From Octopus sinensis (lineage: Eukaryota), in contig NC_043013.1 in NCBI RefSeq assembly GCF_006345805.1, positions 1,240,001 to 1,304,000 on the forward strand: 64,000 nt of DNA. The letters run 5' to 3'. Positions 13,236 through 24,242 of this stretch are shown piece by piece. The notes under the pieces were generated by a model. The model did no database searches. It was not told the origin of the DNA and was given only the letters and a program-made list of their open reading frames with translations. The position numbers and the translations under genes are program-made. Each line of letters opens with the position of its first letter. The first letter of the stretch is position 1.

Positions 13236-14735
13236 ATATTAAATCGGGATTTTTAAATAGCTCTGAAACCATTTGTTGTATAGTTTTCTTCTTCAACTTT
13301 ACACCGTTCAGGAAAATTAATACAATTTCGGTTAATAGTCATATTTTTAACGATGAACTGCAAAGAATTTAAATCATATTAGTTCATTAGGAGATAAATA
13401 TATAAACTTCTGCATTTTACATGTCGCTTAAGTGACAATGTTCTGTCTCTCATGAATTTGCACCCTGTTGTAGGTCTTAAGTATTTTTAGTTGCAGCTCC
13501 AAGGCATGGTCTAAAACAATATCCAGAAGCTGCCTACCCATTTAAATTTGCTTAAAATCTTATTGCTTCCAAGCCATGTCTTCTAGGGCTAACTTAAATT
13601 TCTCAACACAGATAATTACAAGGCTTTATGTAAAATAATACAGAGGGAAACCTATGTATTCGTGTCAGCTACCCACAACTCATCTGTGATAACTGAGCTA
13701 TATACATCGGTCCTTCAAATATGCAGTTGTTTCCATATATAAGAATATAATAAATTGATGAAAAAGGTTGACTATTATTTAGAGCCAACACGCTGGCTGC
13801 CAAATCAACGTTTCATTATCATCGAAGACCTATCTTGATGAGTGCCCGTCCTCAGCTGCAAAACCAAGATCATAACCTTCAGCTTCCTTCTTTGCAACTA
13901 GGAAATACTTTAACTGAAACAACTTCTAACATTCTGCAAAGCTCATATTTTACACAATGGAGCATTGGTGTTCTCATATATGGGATGGTGCTGCCAGATT
14001 GTCATCATCATCATCATCATCATCATTTAACATCTGTGGTCCATGCTGGCATGGGTTGACCTGTTTGACCAGAGCTGGTAAGCAAGGAAACTGCACCAGA
14101 CACCAGTGTGACTTGGCATGGTTTCTACGGCTGGATGCCCTTCCTAATGCCAACCACTTTACAGAGTGGTTAAAAAGGCCACCCAGCTGATTGGCTTGAA
14201 GTTACTCACCCATACAAATACTGTCCCCTTTCTCTGCTTTCTCTACTGCTACTACCACTTTTGCTCCTTGGAGCCGGCTACTCTCTCATCACTTTCATTC
14301 TAGTTTGCTCTTGACTCACTTTCCTCGCCTTAGCCACCACCACCACCACCATCACTACTTCAAGACTCATTCTTATCACTGTACCCAGTCCTTCTCTACC
14401 AGATCCCAGTCCTTCTGGAAGTCACCCTGCCTATGTTTATCTGCTGCTGTCAACTTGTAACTATTTCAGAGTAACATAAACTGTGTGGCTCTTATTGGTT
14501 TCAGAATGCCTTTCTTATATTTAGACAAGAAGATGGGGATCTGCCAATAACATTTAAATGTTTGTTTTTTTTTAAATAGGGGGCAAAGAGAGCATATCAG
14601 AATGCTCTACAGAGGAAGGGAGCAGATCTTTTAGACATAAAGGAGCAAAATATGAGTTTGTTGGCTAGCAAAATTTCATCAACAAAGAAATGTCCGTGCT
14701 AGCATGCAGTCTACTGCAGCATCTATAGTCTAGAC

Positions 14736-15317
14736 CAGTGGTTCTCAACCTGTGGTCCACAAAGGCAGTATTGGGGGGGTCGGTGAACAAATTCAAAATT
14801 TCATATAAAATTATAATTAAGGGAATAGAAAAAAATTTCTAGCCTCTATGCTGAAAGAAGATACTAAATCATCTCCCCATTATATGATTTTACCTTAGTT
14901 TGTCTATTTTTTATATGCTGGCCACTGGTAACATCTAAAAAAAAGGTTTATCCTTTATTATTATTATTATTATTCTCATTATTATTTTATATTCGGTTGG
15001 TGCATAATTATTGTGGCTTTTTTTCCACCAAATTTTATTCAACGAAAACAATAACAATATTTAACAAAAACATATTTAAATGACGGTCTGACCATCTGCC
15101 AAGGAAATGGGAAGCAGTAATTGAAGTAGATGGTGAATATGCTCCAGAATAATCATTTAAAGATGTTTTTGTTACATGTTGTTATTGTTTTTGTTGAAAA
15201 AAGCTGCAATAATTATACGCCAACCCAATATATATATATATATATACATACATACATACACATAAGGAAAGGCATATTAAAAGGGGTCCTTTGTAGTGAA
15301 AAGGTTGGGCACCACTG
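14736..15317. mobile_element. Non-autonomous hAT (Charlie-like) element
   Basis: TIRs CAGTGGTTCTCAACCT / AGGTTGGGCACCACTG; 8 bp target duplication GTCTAGAC / GTCTATAC. Confidence 0.8.
14990..15230. mobile_element. Tc1/mariner-type MITE nested in the hAT element
   Basis: TIRs tattcggttggtgcataattattgtggcttttt / aaaaagctgcaataattatacgccaacccaata in TA context. Confidence 0.7.
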
Positions 15318-16131
15318 GTCTATACTGTGAAATTACCTGATCTGGCTTGGAGTTTAGGATTAGGTTTAGAGTTAAGGTTAGGGTCTGGGATAAGACTGCA
15401 TGATAAAGTGCAAATAGCCAGGTGGACCACACACTGAAGTAGCCCCAAAACATCTTAAGAAATATTCTCTTTGGCACACTTTTGTTTTTCTTTGTTTCAT
15501 GAGATTGTTATTCAAATTTATATCGGCCAAGATTTGAACAAATTGGACAAGAAACTGCATTTCATAAAGCAAACAGACTCTCTCTTTAGAAACTGTGTCA
15601 GAGTTCATGTCCTAAAACGTACAGGTCTCTGAGATTGAGTTACTGAGTTTATTGGCCATATAGCTATCTGTTCTACCCAGGCAATACTCTTGTAAATGTG
15701 TTGTACTCTTGGACAAAACACATAACCCTACCCACTTCATACTGTTTCTCCAACATCAGGTTTCACAGCTAATTGGTTAGTTGCATGGGAATCTAGCAGT
15801 AAAAACATTTCTTCCCTGCCTTCTTTACAGCAGTAAAAAGAAAAAGTCCCACATATACTAGCATAGAAAAATATATAAAAAAATAAGAAAAGAAAGTGCT
15901 TTTGTTGTTTTTTTTCATTGCGACATCAATGTCACTAATTGGCATTAAAAATATGATAATGTTCACCTTACAAACGAAACAAGTCTTGTTGGTATTGTGA
16001 TGAATATTGGTCAAACACTCCTGAATAGTAGATTTTCCTTATTTGATGATGAGAACCTGCTGCCCTCCACAAATTCAAAATCTTACATTATTTACATTTG
16101 ACGGATATTTGTCCTCATTTTGTTTGTTGTT

Positions 16132-16178
16132 AACACAACATTTCGGCTGATATACCCTTCAGCCTTCATCAGGTGTCT
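16132..16178 (-). ncRNA. Minimal type I hammerhead ribozyme motif (Penelope-type), CpG-decayed
   Basis: Minus strand GACAC-CTGATGA-A-GGCTGA[agggtata]TCAGCC-GAAA-TG-TT-GTGTT: stems I and II intact; GAAACGTT has become GAAATGTT. Confidence 0.6.
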
Positions 16179-16914
16179 TGGGGAAATTTTGAACCTGGGT
16201 TCTCATTCCTAAGTAGTTATTATTATTATTATTAAGCCAAAATTAAAAGAATCATGCCATTGTCATCTAGTGATTCATATTTTGACATCTCGTGTGTCTT
16301 CCACAGGTTCAAAAAATAATTTTGTCAATCTTCTTCATTTTGGTTAATATAGAAAGGATTGAGGTAACTCCTCCAGAAGATATAGAGTCAAAATTAAAAT
16401 AATTATGTTTTGAACCCGTTGAAGACACACGAGATGTCAAAATATCAATCACCAGATGACAATGGCACTCTACTTTTAATTTTGACTCTATATCTTCTGA
16501 GTTACCTCAATCCTTTATTATTATTATTATTATTATTCAGGTCACTGCCAGGAATCGAACTCAGTATCTTGGGATTAGTAACCCATGCTCTATGCCATAT
16601 ACTTTGTGGGCAGTTATGGAGTGAACTTTAGATGCTCGTCTGAAGAAAAGTGGAGCTTTATGGACTTGTTATTCTTTTGCTTGTTTCAGTCAGTGGATTG
16701 CAGCCATGCTGGGCCACCACTTTGAAAGATTTTAATTGAATAAATCAACCCCCCCCCCCTATCACTGTTTTCATTTCAAATCCGGTGCTTATTATGTCAA
16801 TTTTTTTTTGCCAAACTGCTAAGTTACAGGAATGTAAAAAAAATCAATACTAGTTTCATGCAATGAGAGACAAACACAAATACTAGAGTGCACCCCCCCC
16901 CCACACATATGTAT

Positions 16915-17970
16915 TGTTGACAGTAACTTCAGACTTTAAGCCTATTTACTCCTGTTGGACTGTGGTACATTTGAATCAATCTTGGTTTTATATAGTCTTT
17001 GATGTATTTAATTTTTCTTGGTAACATGGAGCTCTATTAAATGATAATTAGATTGTTGGATAAATTCTGATGGAAAGATATTATGGAAAATTTTTATTGA
17101 TCAAATCTGGAGTTGAGTTATTACTCAGAATTTAGTCATGCATGTAGAACTTTGAAATCATGTCTCTCTATTTAGGTGTGTCAGTTTCATGTCTTGGGGT
17201 TGGTTTTTTTGGAGTTCACAAACGAATGTAGGTAGGTGAAAAGTTTAGTTTGTCTGCAGTATAAATAGGTTTAGTTGTTGATTCTCTTTGAACACTAATG
17301 AAAGATTTAACCTGTTTGTTTTGGAAATATGCAGGTTCTGGTCAGAGTTCAGTCGAGCACATACAGCTGTGTAATTAGGTGTATCAGCTTTAGATCATGG
17401 AGTTTTTAAGAGTTCACAAAAGAGTAGGTGAAAAGGTTAGTTGGTCAGCAGATTTCTGCTTTTGTTGGTGTTATTTAAATTTAACCTGCTTCTTTTGGAA
17501 AGGTGGAGGCTATTGTTTTAGAGTTCAGTCAAGCATGTATATCTTAGTGATTAGGTGTCTCAGCTTTAGATCAAATCTCTCACATGTATTCAAATGACAT
17601 CAACAACAGCTAAACCTATTTACACACCTACTGACAATCTAACCTTTTCACCTACCTACATTCTTTTGTAAACCCTAAATATCTCCAAAACCTAAAGTTG
17701 AAGTAGCTAAAGGGACAGACCTGATTACAAAGTTCTAGATGCATGACTGAATTCTGAACAGTAACACAACTCCAAATTTAATCAATAAAAAAATCTTATA
17801 TAATATCTTTCCATCAGAACCTATCTTACAACCTAATTATCATTCAACAGAGCTTCACTTACCCTTAAAATATTAAGTTTACCAGAAACTATATAAAGCT
17901 AAGATGAATTCAAATGTACCACAATCCAATGAAGGAAAAGCAACCTGAAACTTCGAAGTCACTGTCAACA
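16915..17970. repeat. Foldback-like element with ~370 bp degenerate inverted arms
   Basis: 16915-17290 matches the reverse complement of 17600-17970 (e.g. tgtggtacatttgaat; ttctgatggaaagatattat; agtcatgcat.tagaactttg). Confidence 0.8.
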
Positions 17971-18169
17971 CTATTCTTGTTAAAAAATGATAAATATTTA
18001 TTCTACAAACAAAAAGTATTGAGTAATCCTTCAGTTTAATGAAATATTATTTTTATTATAACATGTCTGAGCATAGAAGGGACATGTCTTGCATAGGTTT
18101 TTGCTGTTGTTCTGTTGATGATAAAGTTCTTGTTTTGGTGGGGTTCTAATGTTGTTCATATATATATGC

Positions 18170-18570
18170 CAACCCCCTTTGCTTGTGAAGACATGTTGGG
18201 GCAAGCGAAATCGAAATCGAATTGAACCAGCCAGGATCCCTGGTCTGGTGGTATGTAAAAAGCACTATCCGACTCGTGGCCGATGCCAGCACTGCCTCGA
18301 CTGGCTTCCGTGCCGGTGGCACATAAAATACACCAATCTGACCGTGGCCGTTGCCAGCCTCGCCTGGCACCTGTGCAGGTGGCACGTAAAAAGCACCCAC
18401 TACACTCATGGAGTGGTTGGCGTTAGGAAGGGTATCCAGCTGTAGAAACATTGCCAGATTAGACTGGAGCCTGGTGCAGCCTTCTGGCTTCCCAGAACCC
18501 CGGTCGAACCGTCCAACCCATGCTAGCATGGAGAACGGACGTTAAACGATGATGATGATGATGATGATAT
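18170..18570 (+). mobile_element. RTE-LINE 3' UTR fragment, young subfamily
   Basis: Near-identical to the reverse complement of 47257-47650; ends in (GAT)n. Confidence 0.8.
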
Positions 18571-20220
18571 ATATATATATATAAATGAGGTGGGATTCTA
18601 TACTATTTCTTTCACATAAATTTTTTGACAAGACATTTGTGTGCCTGAGGTACTTGGTAAAGTTGCCATTGGTGTTGAGCTTGGTTGTTAAGCAAGATTC
18701 TTAACCAGCTATGCCTATACCTAATAACTGGCACTATTGAAATTTTGTTTTGAAATTTCTGACAAGTACCATATTGCAGACGGGATCTCATATAAACATT
18801 ACAGCAATGCAGTTTGATGTATTTTAAGGAACCCTTAAAAATTGTTTACTGGAAACACAATCATACTTTGTGCACATGGAAATTCCTATTACGTTTGTAA
18901 TTAGAAGTGAACCAGCATAACCATTTTGTGGACATCTCAGTTGATACACACACACCCTTAAACTCTGAAACACCAACGATTCAAAATCATTGGAATAACC
19001 ATGATGTTCTGGTGATCTGACGAGCTGGTTTCCTTTATTTGCATTGGTTTGTGTATAAATACAGCTGAACCGTATAATGCACAGCATGCATATTAATGCA
19101 AACATAATTGTATTTCACACTGGAATTATTATTACACGAAGACAGATGCAAAATGGCCATAATCCTAAGTGCTTAAATATATTCATCTCACATACCTCCT
19201 GACTTGAAGCCACTTAAAAGCACCCATGCGGTGTCACATAAAAGTGCCTGTGCAGTGCCAAGTAAAAGCACCCATGCGGTGTCACATAAAAGTGCCTGTG
19301 CAGTGCCAAGTAAAAGCACCCAGTACACTTCAATCCTTGGGCAATAAGCTGCACTTGCAAAGACCTGTTGAGGCAAGAAAAGTTGTTGTGGCCGATGACA
19401 GTATCGCCTGATTGGCACCTGTGCCAGTGGCATGTAAAAAGCACCGTTCAAGTGTGGTCAATGTCAGTTCCACCTGACTGACACCCATGCTGGTGGCATG
19501 TAAAAAGCACCATTTGAGCATGGTTGATGCCAGTACTGCCTGACTGGCCCTCGTACTGGTGGCACGTAAAAAGCACTCACTACATCCGTCAGAGTGGTTG
19601 GCGTTAGGAAGGGCATCTGGCTGTAGAAGCTTTGCCAGATCAGATTGGAGCCTGGTGCAGCCTCCTGGCTTGCCAGTCCCCAGTCAAACCGTCCAACCCA
19701 TTCCAGCATGGAAAGTAGGGGTTAAACGATGATGATGATGATCCATTCACTAAATATCATCATCATCATCATTTAACACCCGCTTTCTATTTCCATGCTG
19801 GCAAGGGTTTGATGGGTTGATTGGAACTGGCAAGCCAGAGGACTGCACCAGGATCCAGTCTAACTTTGGGTTGGATGCCCTTCCTAATGCCAACCCCTCC
19901 AAGAGTGTAGTGGGAGCCTTTTAGATGCCACTAGCACTGGTGCCATTACGTGAACTGGCACAGGTGCTTTTATGTGCCACCATCACTGGCCACAACTATG
20001 ATTTAACTTGACTCAATGAGTCTTCTCAGGCATAACATGGAGGCAAAACCCTGGATAACCCTATGAACCGGCCATAACTAGCAGTCTCTAAGTACCCTAC
20101 TGCCCTATAATTTAGAGTGTGCTTCTCTTTCAGATTTATGATTTATTGATGATATGTATATATTGATGTATGCATGTGTGTGTGTGTGTGCGTGTGTATA
20201 TATATATATATGTATAACAT

Positions 20221-20589
20221 AGGCACAGGAGTGGCTGTGTAGTAAGTAGCTTGCTTAGCAACCACATGGTTCTGGGTTCAGTCCCACTGCGTGGCATCTT
20301 GGGCAAGTGCCTTCTACTATAGCTTTGGGCCGACCAAAGCCTTGTGAGTGGATTTGCTAACTGAAAGAAGCCTGTCGTATATATGTATGTGTGTGTGTGT
20401 TTGTCCCCACAACATCGCTTAACAACCAATGCTGGTGTGTTTACGTCCCCGTAACTTAGCGGTTCGGCAAAAGAGACCGATAGAATAAGTACTGGGCTTA
20501 CAAAGAAAAAGTCCTGGGGTCGATTTGCTCGACTAAAGGTGGTGCTCCAGCATGGCTGCAGTCAAATGACTGAAACAAGTAAAAGAGTA
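20221..20589 (+). mobile_element. tRNA-derived SINE family A, near full length
   Basis: ggcacaggagtggctgtgtagtaag head, GGTTCAGTCCC B-box-like motif, caccttgggcaagtg core, tgactgaaacaagtaaaagagta tail. Other copies at ~755-1095, 2905-3065(-), 3860-4100(-), 25515-25897, 27806-28180, 45490-45750, 46240-46400, 59480-59835(-). Confidence 0.85.
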
Positions 20590-20989
20590 TAAATAATATA
20601 TGTACATACTTACATCTACACACACACACACACACATATATGCATATATGGGCACAAGACATCACAAAACGAGTACAACAAAAAATACGAAGTATGAGTT
20701 ACATGGAATATAACTTTTTTCTCGAACAATGAAAGACACAAATGGAAAACAAAACAAACAACATAAAGAACGACCCTTCATCAGTTGTCGGCTGTTTTTC
20801 TACTCTTGTATTTCGAGCATTTAACAACAATATACGCTTTCGATAAAACAGTTGCTCTCGCAAAGCAAATTAAATATAATTTTGGATTTTTCGGAGGGTC
20901 AAAATTGGTAACACAAACAGGGAGGGGCTGCTAAGCCTAAACAAGGTTGCGATGGTGAATGCGTAAATCAAGCTTGGACAGGAGATATT

Positions 20990-21118
20990 ACATGTATATA
21001 TGCATGTATATATGCATGTATATATGCATGTATATATGCATGTATATATGCATGTATATATGCATGTATATATATGCATGTATATATATGCATGTATATA
21101 TGCATGTATATATGCATA
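20990..21118. repeat. 14 bp tandem repeat (TATATGCATGTATA)n
   Basis: Directly visible. Confidence 0.9.
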
Positions 21119-22204
21119 TAAAGATCCTCAACTCTGGATGGAGTTGTAGAGATGCTGTTGTTGTATACAATCTGTCTTGTATATTTTAAACTTGGTGGAA
21201 CCTATTCCTCTCCAGTTCTAAAAGCAGATGATCGCTTACAGAAGTGGAAGAACCGAATCGACTCTGAAACAACGAAAGTGAAGCTGACCTTGGCAAAATT
21301 TGGACTTGGAGGGCTGAGAGTCAGAACAAGTATCACAATTCATTTGTAGTGGAGGCAACAACGATTCTCCCTGAGAGATTAGCTTCAAATTTTGGCATAA
21401 GGTCAGAAATTTCGGGGAGGGTGTAACTCAACTACATCGACTCTAGTGCTCAACTTGTGCCTATTATATCGACCCAGAACGAAAAAAAGGCAAAGTCGAC
21501 CTTGGTGGAATTTGCACCTAGAACATAAAGACGGACGAAATGTTGCTAAGCATTGTGCCCCGCATGCTAAAGATTCTGCCAGCTCCACGCTTTGACTCTC
21601 CCAGGAATATTGGTTTCAAATTTTGGAAGAAGCCAGCTGTTTTGGGGGAGAGGGTAAGTCAATTACATCGACTCCAGGGCTCAACTGGTACTTAATTTAT
21701 AGACCTTGTGGGGATGAAACACAAAGTCAACTTCGGAGGAATTTGAACTTAGAACGTAAGGACGGAGGAAATGCCACCAAACATTTTCTATGGCGCGGTA
21801 ACAATTTTACCGGCTCGCCCCACCTTAACTGTCCAAGAAATACTAAAAAGGGTGAAAGCGGAGTCAGAAAGATTTCTTAAAAGAGAAATTGGAAGAAGGG
21901 AGATAACCATGAACCACTTTATGGTTTAAGAGGAAAAAGAAAGAAATATTTGTGAAAACTTTTTAAAATGTCATTTCAGATTTTTTATTCATTAAATTTG
22001 AAAGTATTTGGAGAAGAAAATGGGCCTGAAAAAAAAAAAAGGACTGTAGACAGAGAAAGAAAGAAATAACGAGTGAATGAGAATAACGACAGAAGGGCTA
22101 AAAAGAAGTAAAAATACTTGAAGATAAAATGAAACAAAATTGTTGCCAAAACATTATAAATTATTGAAAGTGGGTAGAAATAAACACTGTGTAGTGTAAC
22201 AGTA

Positions 22205-22546
22205 ATACGCTGGGGTATCTGTAGAAAGTTGAATGTGATTTCGGAATATAACGAGAAAAAATTCGGATCTTGAGAATTTTCCGAAAGTCCTCTCCCCACT
22301 TAAGATTTTTCCTACAAATCACTTTTTAATCATAATTTATGCCGTTTGAAAGGTATTTATATAAAATTTCTTAAAAAAAAACAAAACATTTTCCTAAAAG
22401 TTATGAGGGAAAAACTCGGATCTTGTGAATTTTCCGAGGTTCTCTCCCGTTGCTTTGCGCGCATTTTTTTTCATATTTGTTTCCTAACCATCTTTTTTTA
22501 CACCTGTTGCACTATTTTTTTGATTTTCGTTTCCGGGTCAAGTTGT
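22205..22546 (+). repeat. Shared upstream module, TEN1 copy
   Basis: acgctggggtatctgtagaaagttgaatgtgatttcggaatataacgag...ttttcgtttccgggtcaagttgtaa; recurs at ~33810-34376 and, inverted, at ~33240-33505. Confidence 0.9.
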
Positions 22547-22549
22547 AAG

Positions 22550-22644
22550 CCCATTTTCTTTTCTTTTTACTTTACTTGTTTGTTGCTTTATAAAAATATC
22601 GGACACTTGTTTCATTTTGTTGATAGACTTAGCTGCTCTTTCTA
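22550..22644 (+). other. TEN1: Possible non-coding first exon of TEN1 (start approximate)
   Basis: Donor-like TA|GTGAGT at 22645 and acceptor-like aacttccttttcag|AAATG just before the ATG at 23487; lies directly after the shared upstream module. Confidence 0.4.
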
Positions 22645-23486
22645 GTGAGTCGAATGACCAGTAGAGAATCCCTGGTTTTGTCGAGAGAAGACGATGTTTA
22701 CAAAGGATAATGAGGCGAGGTTGAATGTTACCTGGTTGTGTTGTTGTTTAACACCAAATCTGTCCGGACTGAGCTGAATCTATAAAAGTGTAGCCTTCCA
22801 ATGAAGACTACCTCGTTCAGGCCTCTCTTTTTTTTTTGTTTGTTAGGACATCACTGTGTCGCTTGTGAGAGATTTGACTACTATTTCTAGCAGGTCAAGG
22901 GAGACTCACTCCAAACAGTATTCTAATTACTGTTGCTAAATTGGAAGTTTCCATTGAGATGTGGGCAAAACGAAGACTGAATTTAGATGCGTGTGTGAAA
23001 ATGTCTTTAGAATATTCAGCTTAAAAAACATCAAGTTACGCACCTTTATGTTCTAAGTTCAAATCCCGCTCAGGTCACCTCTGTCTTTAATTCGTCTAAA
23101 GTTCGATAAATAAGTATTAAACTAGAGATCGATATAATCAATTGTAAACCTTTCCTAAAATTTGTGTCTTTGTGTCCATGTTAGCGAGAAACTTTCAGCT
23201 TTGTAAAAGCTGACATATTCACAGATGCTATTCTATAAAATATATCTCTGTTAAAATATAAATATACAACCTAACACTCAACAGTGTGAACAGACGGATG
23301 ACCAAAAGCATTCTAGCCATGACTTCCCCTTCGTTATCCGATTCACTTCCCTTTTAAACACAGTCTGTTCAGAGAGAGAGAGATTTAGCTGCTATTTCAA
23401 AGTGGTCGAGCCACTATCTAGAGGCCCTCCTTCGCTCTTCGAATTTTACTTTTCCCGCCAGTTTACCAACAACTTCCTTTTCAGAA

Positions 23487-23632
23487 ATGGCCAGTGATCC
23501 CAAAAAGTGCAAGACACCTTTCTACAGAAAATATCTACCTGAGCATGGTGTGATTTACACCATCAAAGAAATTATTGAAATGGATGTTACACAGACAAAC
23601 TCTTTACCGAAAGCAGTTCGTGTGAACGGAAA
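23487..23632 (+). CDS. TEN1: CST complex subunit TEN1, coding exon 1
   Basis: MASDPKKCKTPFYRKYLPEHGVIYTIKEIIEMDVTQTNSLPKAVRVNG(K); aligns by eye to human LPKPGTYYLPWEV...LRTFGR. Phase-2 donor AA|GTGAGT joins exon 2 in frame. Confidence 0.8.
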
Positions 23633-24102
23633 GTGAGTAAAAGATTCGTTACGAAAACACTTGTTTATAAATTCAATTTAATGTGGAGTAGATTCGCGCT
23701 TTCGTCCGAAGGGAAAAAAGAAAACGTCTTGGTATTTTTGCAAGTTTCGCCGTTCTTTTTTTTTTTTATATATATATTTGGGGTTAGGGTTATGGGTGTG
23801 GGAAAAGGGTTTCTTTTTTTCTTCAGAAATGTAAATAAACCGACGTGGGTTTATAATTGGCAGTTATGGTACTTGTACCGAAAGATCGCGTGGTTTTACT
23901 GTTTTTACAAATTTTATTGAGCTGTCCTCTTGATAACCCAGCTCGCCAGAAGCAGGGCTAGCTGGGGTGGAAAAAAATTCGCCCTTTAAGGGCAACAATA
24001 ACATCACCACCATCGACGGAGGGAGCGGAGTACCGCGACACCGCTGCTACCACTGCCATCGCGAGGACCAACCAAAGCAACAACAACAACAACACTAAGC
24101 AG

Positions 24103-24242
24103 CAGGGGCGGACTGAGAGTATTAAGAGCCCTGAGGCATAACTGTTTACCGGGGCCCTTAGCATTGATATCAGTAGAGTTAGCAGGTAGGAGTGCGGGCC
24201 CTCGGGCAATCTCCGATTGACCGACGGCTCAGTCCGCCCCTG
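24103..24242. mobile_element. 140 bp hAT-type MITE in the TEN1 intron
   Basis: Perfect 15 bp TIRs CAGGGGCGGACTGAG / CTCAGTCCGCCCCTG; perfect 8 bp TSD CTAAGCAG at 24095-24102 and 24243-24250. Confidence 0.9.

Noticed and set aside
15354-15389. Degenerate TTAGGN hexamer run
   Set aside because: Only one exact TTAGGG and fewer than four G-tracts; low-complexity drift.
18146-18529. Recurrent ORFs MLAWVGRFD / [10 protein letters not shown] (also at 47297, 38287, 62377 and others)
   Set aside because: Antisense or off-frame translations of the RTE 3' UTR repeat.
20740-20830. CTGATGA on the minus strand in a Penelope-like fragment
   Set aside because: No pairable stem II followed by GAAA and no stem I; not a complete hammerhead.
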